Assembly (NCBI GenBank): GCA_937902275.1
Contig: CALFNW010000141.1
Location: 1-56,937, forward strand
DNA from: an uncultured Clostridia bacterium
Lineage (GTDB): Bacteria > Bacillota > Clostridia > Oscillospirales > CAG-272
Direction of reading: 5' to 3'
DNA length: 56,937 nucleotides
The translations under genes and the position numbers were made by a program. This document shows positions 31,274 to 39,569 of this stretch, one piece after another. The notes under the pieces were generated by a model that was not told the DNA's origin, did not search any database, and worked only from the letters and a program-made list of their open reading frames with translations. Numbering within the stretch: position 1 is the first letter of the stretch; each line of letters starts with the position of its first letter.

Positions 31274-32002
31274 CTACACACGCCGCGCCGCACGATAGGC
31301 GCAGGGAGACACACCTACCCGCTTTTTAAAGGTCTTTGAAAAATATATGTAGTCGTCAAATCCGCACCTTTCGGCAATTTCCGAAAGGCTCAGAACTCCG
31401 CCGAATACCTCGATCAGATAACAAGCGCGGTCTATACGCAATCTTTCAAGAAAGTTATGCGGGCTTTCGCCGGTCACCGCTTTAAAACGTCTGCGCATAT
31501 AATCGGCGGCATACCCGCTGTTTTCAAGCGCATCTGCGGTTCTGAACTTAGGATCAAAGGCGTTTACGGATATCTTTTCAATAATACGCTCTGTCGCCGA
31601 ATCGGTATGCGCCGCATTTTCAATACCGCCGAGATATGATGCCAAAGCCGACGCCAACATATTGAGATAGGCGCGGCTTCCGTTGCGATTTTTGTATATA
31701 AGCTTCGCAAGCACTCTGCCGTCGCCCGCACGGTCAAGAAGCCTGAGCGGCTTACTCGACACCTCCGAGAGCAATGCGCCGAAATCTCCGCCGAGCGAAA
31801 TATTCACAAATCCGTTTTCGGAAACCGAGCCGTGGATCACTCCCGACGGCATAATGATGACCGTCCCGGGCTCAAACTCAATATTACCGCGCTCAGTATA
31901 CATATGTCCCACGCCGTTCAGATAACACATAACCTCACAAAACTCATGCTTGTGAGGCGGATAAACTTTAACGCCCTTGCCTGTCATGTTAACCGTGATC
32001 AT
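31274..32002 (-). CDS. AraC family transcriptional regulator (cupin + HTH)
   Basis: N-terminal cupin (HKHEFCEV...GVIHG) and a C-terminal AraC HTH (IAERCGFDDYIYFSKTFKKRVGVSP). Confidence 0.85.
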   Translation of the reverse strand: MITVNMTGKGVKVYPPHKHEFCEVMCYLNGVGHMYTERGNIEFEPGTVIIMPSGVIHGSVSENGFVNISLGGDFGALLSEVSSKPLRLLDRAGDGRVLAKLIYKNRNGSRAYLNMLASALASYLGGIENAAHTDSATERIIEKISVNAFDPKFRTADALENSGYAADYMRRRFKAVTGESPHNFLERLRIDRACYLIEVFGGVLSLSEIAERCGFDDYIYFSKTFKKRVGVSPCAYRAARRV

Positions 32003-32023
32003 ATTTGCTCCTCCGTTTTTCAG

Positions 32024-32052
32024 ATTATACCATAAAAGTCTGTTTTATACAA
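32024..32052 (-). promoter_or_regulatory. promoter TTGTAT-17-TGgTATAAT
   Basis: -35 at 32047-32052 and -10 at 32024-32029, on the minus strand upstream of the AraC gene. Confidence 0.5.
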
Positions 32053-32155
32053 GTATGTGTATGAAAATAGCTAACACATATGTGTTTTGCAAGCTTAAAA
32101 TATCAGTAATGTACAAGTTGTCACAAAAGTGAAAGCTTATAACGGAGGATGCATA

Positions 32156-33247
32156 ATGAAAAAACTCACAGGCTTTGAGCGCGGAATGGGCATAGGCGGC
32201 TGGCTCACCAACTATAAAAGATTCGCGGTAATACCCGAAAAACGCCGAATGGACCTGACGATCGGCGATTTTGAGCATTTTGACAGTTACATAACCGAGC
32301 GCGATGTAAAATACATCGCCTCTCTCGGACTTGACCACATCAGACTCGGCTTCGACCAGATCGTTGTTGAAGAATCACCCTATGTTTACAGAACGCATAT
32401 TTTCGACCTGATCGAAGAATTTGTAAAAAACTGTAGCAAACACGGACTTAGCGTGGTCCTGAACCTGCATAAGGCGGTCGGAAACTATTGCGACATAGAC
32501 GAACCGATAAAGCTGCTCGACGATGACGCGCTTCAGTCTCGGTTTACCGCATTGTGGTGCGAATTTGAACGTCGCTTTGAAAAATATCCGTCGGTGGCGT
32601 TTGAATTGCTCAACGAAGTAAAGCTTGTCGATCCCGAGAGTTGGAACAGACTTGCCGAGCGTACACTGAGCAGTATACGCAAGCTCAATCCCACACGTAA
32701 AGTCATCATCGGAAGCATAGGTTGGAACGGCATCGACAAACTGAAATTGCTGAAGCTGTACAATGACGAAAACGTAATATACACTTTCCATATGTACTCT
32801 CCCTTCGGCTTCACCCACCAGCGCGGGGTACTGCAAAGCGATACGATATATTACAACCGCGATATGCCCTATCCCTGTGATATCGAAAGATACAGAGACT
32901 TTGAGAGGGTCGTATACCATACCGACGATCCTCTGCCCGGATATACTGAGATGGGACGCGACTACATAAACGATATAATGGCGCCCGCCGCAGAATTTTG
33001 CGAGGCACATCCCGACAAAATACTGTGGTGCGGTGAATTCGGCACCATCCGCCACGCAAAGCTTGAATGGCGCGAAAATTATATGCGCGACGTTATAACC
33101 TTTTTGCGCTCCCACGATATTCCTTATTGCGTGTGGAACTATTTAAGCACACCGAACGACGGAAATCGCTTCAGTCTGGTCGACGACGAAAAACGCGAGA
33201 TCGTCAGTGAAAAAATGGCGCGGATAATCCGCGGTGAGCTGTCGTAA
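32156..33247 (+). CDS. glycoside hydrolase family 5 (cellulase/mannanase-type), no signal peptide
   Basis: Catalytic-acid context FELLNEV and nucleophile context WCGEFG. ATG 32156 follows GGAGGA. Confidence 0.8.
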   Translation: MKKLTGFERGMGIGGWLTNYKRFAVIPEKRRMDLTIGDFEHFDSYITERDVKYIASLGLDHIRLGFDQIVVEESPYVYRTHIFDLIEEFVKNCSKHGLSVVLNLHKAVGNYCDIDEPIKLLDDDALQSRFTALWCEFERRFEKYPSVAFELLNEVKLVDPESWNRLAERTLSSIRKLNPTRKVIIGSIGWNGIDKLKLLKLYNDENVIYTFHMYSPFGFTHQRGVLQSDTIYYNRDMPYPCDIERYRDFERVVYHTDDPLPGYTEMGRDYINDIMAPAAEFCEAHPDKILWCGEFGTIRHAKLEWRENYMRDVITFLRSHDIPYCVWNYLSTPNDGNRFSLVDDEKREIVSEKMARIIRGELS

Positions 33248-34104
33248 TGGAACGCTCGTCCTTTCTGTTGCTCATTTTGACCGTCTCGCTGTCCGCGGGC
33301 AGAAATCTGCTTACCAAAAGTCTCTCCCGCTTTACGCTTGCCGAGCGCGGTTTCTACGTGTCGCAGACTCTTCTCTTCTTTTCGGGTGCGCTCGCCGTGC
33401 TGCCGTTTGCCTTATACGGCAAATTTGAGCCCGCAAGCGTCATCAATGCCCTGCTCTACGCGGTATTACTTGTGCCGGCGCAGTGGTGCTATACCGCCGC
33501 ACTCGCCGGATCCGCGCTTTCAATGTGCAGTACCGTCTATTCAATGGGCTTTATTATACCGACTCTTTTCGGGGTCCTCGTCGATTCCGAAAAGCTCGGG
33601 ATTGCGGGTATGCTCGGCATTGCCGCAGCTGCCGCAACCGTGCTCTTTGCGGGACTTGCAAAAGCCCAAAACACTTCGAGTAGCACAAAAAAGCGCCCGA
33701 GTATCGCGATATTCGCGGCGATGCTTGCCTCGGGCGGTCTCGGGATAGTTCAAAAGCTTCAGAAAAACGCCGAAAATCCCCCGCTTTTTATTCTTTGTGC
33801 ATTCCTTTTCGCAGGTATGTTTTCACTGCTCTTTACAATTATTAAAAGAGGCAAACTAGAGGATATCGGACACAGCCTCACCCCCGCCGTCTCCGGGGGG
33901 CTATGCTTCGGACTTGCGAATCTGATAAACACATTGTTGGCAGGAAGGCTTTCGGGCGCATTGTTTTTTCCAATACAGAATATAAGCGTAATTCTCATGT
34001 CGGTGTTTGTAAACAGACTCATTACAAAGCAAAAGCTTAAAATCCGGGAATATATCACCATACTGCTCGGCGCCGCCGCAATAATATTGTTGTCGCTCAG
34101 ATAA
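33247..34104 (+). CDS. DMT/EamA-like permease
   Basis: About 9-10 TM segments over 285 aa. The start overlaps the GH5 stop (TAATG). Confidence 0.65.
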   Translation: MERSSFLLLILTVSLSAGRNLLTKSLSRFTLAERGFYVSQTLLFFSGALAVLPFALYGKFEPASVINALLYAVLLVPAQWCYTAALAGSALSMCSTVYSMGFIIPTLFGVLVDSEKLGIAGMLGIAAAAATVLFAGLAKAQNTSSSTKKRPSIAIFAAMLASGGLGIVQKLQKNAENPPLFILCAFLFAGMFSLLFTIIKRGKLEDIGHSLTPAVSGGLCFGLANLINTLLAGRLSGALFFPIQNISVILMSVFVNRLITKQKLKIREYITILLGAAAIILLSLR

Positions 34105-34264
34105 ACACAGGCGGTACGCACAGTCCGATCACACAAAAAACGGAAACTTTAAGTCTCCGCTTAATAAATACCATAGAGTTGTAAAAACATTTTTGCTTCA
34201 ATAACTTTGTTTCCTCTTTTCTGAGAGCCGGACGGCGGCGTTTTGCCGCCCGTGTAAATGCCGA

Positions 34265-34303
34265 AAGGGTGTAAAAAACTCAAAATGAGTTTTTTACACC
34301 CTT
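34265..34303. terminator. palindromic bidirectional terminator element (family copy 1)
   Basis: AAGGGTGTAAAAAACTCA-aaa-TGAGTTTTTTACACCCTT, an 18-bp stem followed by TTTT on the + strand. Confidence 0.7.
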
Positions 34304-34314
34304 TTTTATAATAA

Positions 34315-35805
34315 TCAAAGCTGCTGATACTTGTCCGGTGCGCTCGGCAGATGAAGCCTGTCGGGCTCATCGGGCACAAGCTCTGTGTAGCAAAATTCGT
34401 TGTCCTTGAATATATCGCTCGACACCGAGTATGAGTTGAGCAGGTACTGCTTTGACGGATTCGCACCGTAACGCGCAAGTCCGCCGTTGCGCCTGCCGAT
34501 GAAAACATTACGCGAATATTTCGGTCCCCATTCGTCACGCTCACAACCGTTGTGTACGAGATTCCATGTACTGCATTCGAAAATATTGTTTTCTATCACA
34601 AAATCATACGCTTCATTACGGTGATCCCATCCCTTGATCGCCGCCTGACAGTCGGAGTCGGGACGCTCGTTGCCCCAACCGCAGCCAGAATACCTGATAA
34701 AATTGCCGGTATACTTAATGTCACGCATGACGCGTGAGGCGCCGTTATCGCTCTTTCCTAAGAAATATTCGATACCGTACACGCAGTTTTCAATAAGATT
34801 ATCGGCAAATACCACATGGGTATGGTTCACGCCGTTTTCTCCGCCTGCCGAAAGCTGGTGAGTTATACCTGCATCATAACAGTCATGTACATAGCAGTTT
34901 TCGATCGTGAAGTTCTCACACCCGCCGTAAAGCTCGATACCGTTTCCGAAACGGGTAACGCGCCCGTCGCGGTAAAATTGGATCGAACCGCCGATAAAAC
35001 CGATCACGCAATTCTTCACAGTCAGATTTTTCACGGTGCCGCCTCCGATGCCGTGACTGCCGCCGTACATTACGGTAAGATTGTCGAAAGTCACATCATC
35101 GCCGCCGACGCCTATCACGTTTCCGCGGGTATTGAATTCGATCTCCTCAAATCTTCCGGAAGGATTGCCGTTCTTACTGCAAAGATAAACAAGTCCGCCC
35201 GGATCCGATTCCGTTTTCGATTCGCAGATCGGAGCGCCGAAATCATGGAAAAAATCAAGGTCGTTTTCAAGCTCGCGCCATGAAGCGAACGCGCGGCGGT
35301 AAGTGCGGTCGATCGTCGGCACGCCGTTTTCATAGCTCGGTATCACTTTGACCGAGTGCTTGATCCCGCCGTCAAAAAAGATACCGCCGATGTCAGTACG
35401 GATCGGTTCGCTGTAAACATAAATATCTTTCACCTCGGTCTCACGCCACTCGCCGTGACTTGCCGCATTGAAAAGCGAACCGTAAAAACGAGGCTTTGCG
35501 CCTCTGCCGTAAGCGGTATAGGTCACACCGGGTCTGGCACGGAAGCGTTCTCTCCAGATGCCGTCCCGTTCAAAATACACGACCGAGCCGGGAATCAGAC
35601 TTTCATCATTCAGGCGGGCAAGCGTGCGCCAAGCCTTGTGCGGTGAAAGCCCGTCGTTTTCATCATTGCCGTAAGGTGAGACGAAAAAGCATCTGACGCC
35701 CTCATAAGCGTTATTGGGGGTACTGCGTATCTCTCCGCGCCGCTTGTCGGCAAGCTGCTTGAGTTCTTCAAGATATTCATGCGAGGCATAGCGTATGTTT
35801 TCCAT
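34315..35805 (-). CDS. right-handed parallel beta-helix repeat protein (pectate-lyase-fold), no signal peptide
   Basis: FVSPYGNDENDGLSPHKAWRTLARL N-terminal motif and repeated GG..N..I.NC/ beta-helix rungs. ATG 35805 follows GGAGAA. Confidence 0.7.
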   Translation of the reverse strand: MENIRYASHEYLEELKQLADKRRGEIRSTPNNAYEGVRCFFVSPYGNDENDGLSPHKAWRTLARLNDESLIPGSVVYFERDGIWRERFRARPGVTYTAYGRGAKPRFYGSLFNAASHGEWRETEVKDIYVYSEPIRTDIGGIFFDGGIKHSVKVIPSYENGVPTIDRTYRRAFASWRELENDLDFFHDFGAPICESKTESDPGGLVYLCSKNGNPSGRFEEIEFNTRGNVIGVGGDDVTFDNLTVMYGGSHGIGGGTVKNLTVKNCVIGFIGGSIQFYRDGRVTRFGNGIELYGGCENFTIENCYVHDCYDAGITHQLSAGGENGVNHTHVVFADNLIENCVYGIEYFLGKSDNGASRVMRDIKYTGNFIRYSGCGWGNERPDSDCQAAIKGWDHRNEAYDFVIENNIFECSTWNLVHNGCERDEWGPKYSRNVFIGRRNGGLARYGANPSKQYLLNSYSVSSDIFKDNEFCYTELVPDEPDRLHLPSAPDKYQQL

Positions 35806-35816
35806 AATGATTCTCC

Positions 35817-35835
35817 ATGTCGGCGAAGCCGACCC
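35817..35835 (-). promoter_or_regulatory. family-B leader hairpin GGGTCGGCTTCGCCGACAT
   Basis: Stem GTCGGC/GCCGAC with loop TTC. The hairpin base lies 13 nt upstream of ATG 35805. Confidence 0.6.
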
Positions 35836-36035
35836 AAAAAGCGGACACAAAATTTGAAATTTCATTCGGACGAGATAAATTTTCGCGCTGTCGGCAAAGT
35901 CAGAACGGATCAGATTTTAGCTCTGCCAAAACGCGAAGTCATATGTGCGGCAACAGGCTTCACTTCGGGAAGACCGAATGCGGCATTTTGCTTTTTATGA
36001 TTCGGATATGGTCGGTGATTTCCGCGTCGGAAAAA

Positions 36036-37349
36036 TCAAACCGTCACTCGTGTGCGCAAGTTTTCCGCTTGACTTGAAAAATCAAGCCGACAGGCTTTCA
36101 GTACCGAATAACGCGAAGTATCCGACGTTTCATCGAAATATTCCGACGGCAGTTTTACAATCGGCGCTCTGCCGTCGGCAAACGCTTCGATAATTCCGTG
36201 AGACTTGCAGTATTCAAGCGCGGCGTCGTATTCGCTTATGTATTTATCGCCCGATTTTATGCGCGCTATGCGCATGGCGGTCACGTCTTCGCGCGGCGCA
36301 AGCAACATCGCAAGTTCAAAATTATTCATTTGCCGCTCAAGGCGCAGCGTGTTGTCGGTATATGCGATCGCACGGTGACTCGCAAGCTCGCAAAGCCTGT
36401 CCAAAATATCACATTCACGTCCGACATCGGCAAACGGCGACTCAGCCATCAGCTCACTGACCGACACAACCTTGTAGCCTGCCTCATACAAAAGCGACAG
36501 TTGGAATTCAAGCGCATACGCCGCCGGCGTGCGTTTTGCCATGTTGTATCCGTCCTTGCCGAAAATGATCTGACCGCAGAAAAAATCCGGATCTTCCGCA
36601 AGCCGCGCGGCAATGCGCTCACGCATTTCGTCGCGCTCGGTCCGCTCATCCGACGGCAGCCAACCGCCGCCGTCATATGATGCCGCCATATAGTCGTAAT
36701 TCATCAGCGAGTATGCGTCATAGCTCGTAAACTTGGTGTTACCGATCCGATCGACATAGTGCGGCGGCCTTGACAGCCTCATTTCATAACCGTAGCTTGC
36801 GCTGATATATTCATGAAGCCGTGAAAGATCGCTCACGACCTCATCAATGCTCTTAAAATATTCGCGAGCCCCGTACACAAAAGGCTTTTTCCCGAAAATT
36901 ATGTGGCGATAACCGTGATTTGCCAACTCATGGCCCTCGTCAAGCATACGTGCGACAAGCTCCGGGCAGGCAAGCGCACCGCCCCTTGAATCCTGTCCGA
37001 GATCGGGGTAGTGGTCAAAGCGTCTGCCGCCCCACTCGGGGGTGCCGAGCGCTCCGGCGGTGTCGGGATAATTTTCGGCAGTCGAACCGATTATGTCAAA
37101 AGTAGCGTGCGCACCGAATTTTTTCAGCGCGTCAAGTAACATTTCGGTCTCGCATTGTCCCGTCGGTTCCGCAGGCGAGCACGCAAGCGCCATGGGTCCG
37201 TCGTCAAAAGTCATCGCACAGATCCGTTTGTCGGTGCGGATGCGTTCAATGCGACGCACATATCCGACACGCGGTTCGGCACCGTTTTTTAACAGTTTTT
37301 TTGTAATTGCCTTGAGCTTTTTGCCGACTTTTACCACTATCGGATTCAT
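36036..37349 (-). CDS. polysaccharide deacetylase (CE4) family protein with C-terminal extension, cytoplasmic
   Basis: NodB-type motifs (MTFDDGP, ANHGYRH, LSRPPH). There is no signal peptide or TM segment. About 150 aa of extra C-terminal region. Confidence 0.75.
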   Translation of the reverse strand: MNPIVVKVGKKLKAITKKLLKNGAEPRVGYVRRIERIRTDKRICAMTFDDGPMALACSPAEPTGQCETEMLLDALKKFGAHATFDIIGSTAENYPDTAGALGTPEWGGRRFDHYPDLGQDSRGGALACPELVARMLDEGHELANHGYRHIIFGKKPFVYGAREYFKSIDEVVSDLSRLHEYISASYGYEMRLSRPPHYVDRIGNTKFTSYDAYSLMNYDYMAASYDGGGWLPSDERTERDEMRERIAARLAEDPDFFCGQIIFGKDGYNMAKRTPAAYALEFQLSLLYEAGYKVVSVSELMAESPFADVGRECDILDRLCELASHRAIAYTDNTLRLERQMNNFELAMLLAPREDVTAMRIARIKSGDKYISEYDAALEYCKSHGIIEAFADGRAPIVKLPSEYFDETSDTSRYSVLKACRLDFSSQAENLRTRVTV

Positions 37350-38104
37350 AACACACCCCGCTTTGAAGTTCGTTTATTTATCTCAGCGCGCCTTAATACG
37401 CATTTTATCGTATACAGGAAATTCTTTGCGTAAGCATATATGCCCGCTCCCTGTTTTTCCAATTTGATACGCTGACTTTTAGCTGTATTAACGGGATCGG
37501 ACAGTCGCCCGACTATCTCCGCACGATTTTCAAGCAATGCCGCCTTGACAGCTTCCTGAGAGCGATCGCTCACCTCAAGTTTAACATACGCGCCGCCCAC
37601 CTCCGCGGCAAGATGCGCGTCGCTTCCGGCAAAGCGCGGGAGCCCGAGCCGATCAGCGGCTTCAAGCGCGTATGCGTTAGCATTATCGCGCGAATTTTCC
37701 GCGCGCGAATTGAATACCTCTATTCCGTCAAGCTCGCCGCTTATAGTCTCAAGTCTCGAATCGATCTCGGCTTTTGTGAGCTTCTTTTTCTGATACGGAT
37801 GCGCAAGCACCGCGATACCGCCTGCCGAACGGATACGAAGTACCGCATCATGAAAATCATAGGTCGGTTCCACACGGTTCTTAATAAACAACCCGAGCAG
37901 ATGACCGCGATTGGTTGAAATTTCGATTCCGGGTATGATCAGCGTACCGTCAAGCTCGGTGTCGCCGACATAGCTTACGTCGTGATCGCAAAGCGCAAAG
38001 CCGTCAATTCCGCGTTTGCGGCAAAGCGCGGCGGTTTCGTGCACACCGAGCAGACTGTCAGGACTGCGTCTGCCGTGAACGTGCAAGTCAAGTTTAAGTT
38101 CCAT
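37346..38104 (-). CDS. PHP-domain metal-dependent phosphoesterase
   Basis: DLHVHGRRSPDS..., LCDHD, VLAHP and GSDAH histidine clusters. The stop overlaps the CE4 start (ATGA). Confidence 0.8.
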   Translation of the reverse strand: MELKLDLHVHGRRSPDSLLGVHETAALCRKRGIDGFALCDHDVSYVGDTELDGTLIIPGIEISTNRGHLLGLFIKNRVEPTYDFHDAVLRIRSAGGIAVLAHPYQKKKLTKAEIDSRLETISGELDGIEVFNSRAENSRDNANAYALEAADRLGLPRFAGSDAHLAAEVGGAYVKLEVSDRSQEAVKAALLENRAEIVGRLSDPVNTAKSQRIKLEKQGAGIYAYAKNFLYTIKCVLRRAEINKRTSKRGVL

Positions 38105-38117
38105 TATAATTTCTCTG

Positions 38118-38135
38118 CCGCCGCAGACGGCTCAA
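38118..38135 (-). promoter_or_regulatory. family-A leader hairpin TTGAGCCGTCTGCGGCGG
   Basis: Exact 11-mer followed by the CCGTC-TGC-GGCGG hairpin. It lies 20 nt from the 11-mer to ATG 38104. Confidence 0.6.
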
Positions 38136-38224
38136 TACAAGATCGTAATTCCCGCGTCCAAAAGCGTAAGATCCAAGCCGCTTTCGGGTCTGTATACCGA
38201 CCCGCACACAAGTGAAAAACGCGT

Positions 38225-39352
38225 TCATTTCCGCTTTCCGAAAAGCTTCTTTTTCAAATAGGTCCGATAGGGCGCCGAATCGTTTCCGTATTTGTCGTGC
38301 ATTCCCTCAAACGCGCGGCGAAAGACAAGATCTCCCACTCCGCCGAAAGCATCGGCAAATCTGCCGTGACGCACATAATCAAAAATTGCAGCCAGATCGC
38401 TCAGTACAAAATTCATTCTGACCCTGCACTTATAATTGTCAAGCGCATGGGTGATCGCCTCGCCGCGTGACAGCCTTACATAATCGTCGGCGAAGGTCGC
38501 ATCGGCAGCATATGTAAGCGGAAAACTGCCCCAGACCCGCGGATTTATTTCAAGTAATCTCCCCGCCTTGTATTCCACCATTGCAATTCCGACAAAGCCG
38601 AGAGACTCAAGCAATCGCTCCGAGTCCTTGACAAGCGTTTCGTCAAAAAAGCTTTCACAGCAGGCGCTCGGACCACCGCTTGCCGGATATTCGCGTATGC
38701 GCTTGTGGCAGATCGCACTGACCGCGCCGTGCGCACTCATCAACAGCGATACGCCGACCGCTTCGCCCGTCAGTTTTTCCTGCACGATCGGTTTGCCGTA
38801 CACGCTCATCCGCTCATAAGCCCGACGGTATTCGGCTTCGTTTTCGGCGACCGCATACCGCTTTGCCGCGCCGAGTCCGAATTTTTCTCCGCAAACAGGC
38901 TTGATTATCACGGGATACACGCTCGGAAGCTCGCCGTTTTCATATTGATGAGGAATCGGTATACCGAGCTTTTCGGCATATTTTGCAACTTCACGCTTGT
39001 CGTTTGCAAGCTCAAGCTTCTCGGGCGCGGCGACCGTAAGATCACATACCCTGACAAATCTGTCAAGGTTTCGGCTCACTGTCAAAAGCGTTTTTGCTCC
39101 GACCGGAAAAAGCACCGGACGGTCATATTCCGTGCAAAGCGCAAGCAAACGTTCTGTGTACGCTTCGGATTCAAGCGAGCAGTCAAACAATCGCTTTTCA
39201 GCGGCATACTTAGATTCAAACGCAGGTATCGCCCCGTCTGCTTCTGCGGCGGTCTGAGTCAGTATCACTTTGTAACCTGCCGCCGTCAGCGAGCGCATGA
39301 GCGCAAGCGACGCGCGATACTTTGCGTCGGTAACTATTACGGTGCTTCCCAT
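38225..39352 (-). CDS. ATP-grasp domain protein (COG3919-like carboxylate-amine ligase)
   Basis: Architecture of pre-ATP-grasp, ATP-grasp (NDKREVAKYAEKLGIPIP...VIIKP...VQEKL) and C-terminal EINPR. AAGGGGAG SD. Confidence 0.75.
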   Translation of the reverse strand: MGSTVIVTDAKYRASLALMRSLTAAGYKVILTQTAAEADGAIPAFESKYAAEKRLFDCSLESEAYTERLLALCTEYDRPVLFPVGAKTLLTVSRNLDRFVRVCDLTVAAPEKLELANDKREVAKYAEKLGIPIPHQYENGELPSVYPVIIKPVCGEKFGLGAAKRYAVAENEAEYRRAYERMSVYGKPIVQEKLTGEAVGVSLLMSAHGAVSAICHKRIREYPASGGPSACCESFFDETLVKDSERLLESLGFVGIAMVEYKAGRLLEINPRVWGSFPLTYAADATFADDYVRLSRGEAITHALDNYKCRVRMNFVLSDLAAIFDYVRHGRFADAFGGVGDLVFRRAFEGMHDKYGNDSAPYRTYLKKKLFGKRK

Positions 39353-39509
39353 GCTCTCCCCTTTTCAAACGCCATCAAACTTATTTCTTCATCAAGTGTA
39401 ACACAACGCATAACCAAAGTCAATCACAAATTTCGGACAAAAAGCACAAAAAACGTAAAACCGGGCATTTTGCCGAAATATACACGATCACGCAATTATA
39501 TAATTACAC

Positions 39510-39545
39510 AAACCGCCGTGTCGGAAACTCCGCACGGCGGTTTTG
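39510..39545. terminator. hairpin terminator after the amidase gene
   Basis: AAACCGCCGTG-loop-CACGGCGGTTT flanked by an A-run and a T-run. Confidence 0.6.
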
Positions 39546-39569
39546 GATCATTTCGGGATATAAAGCGAT

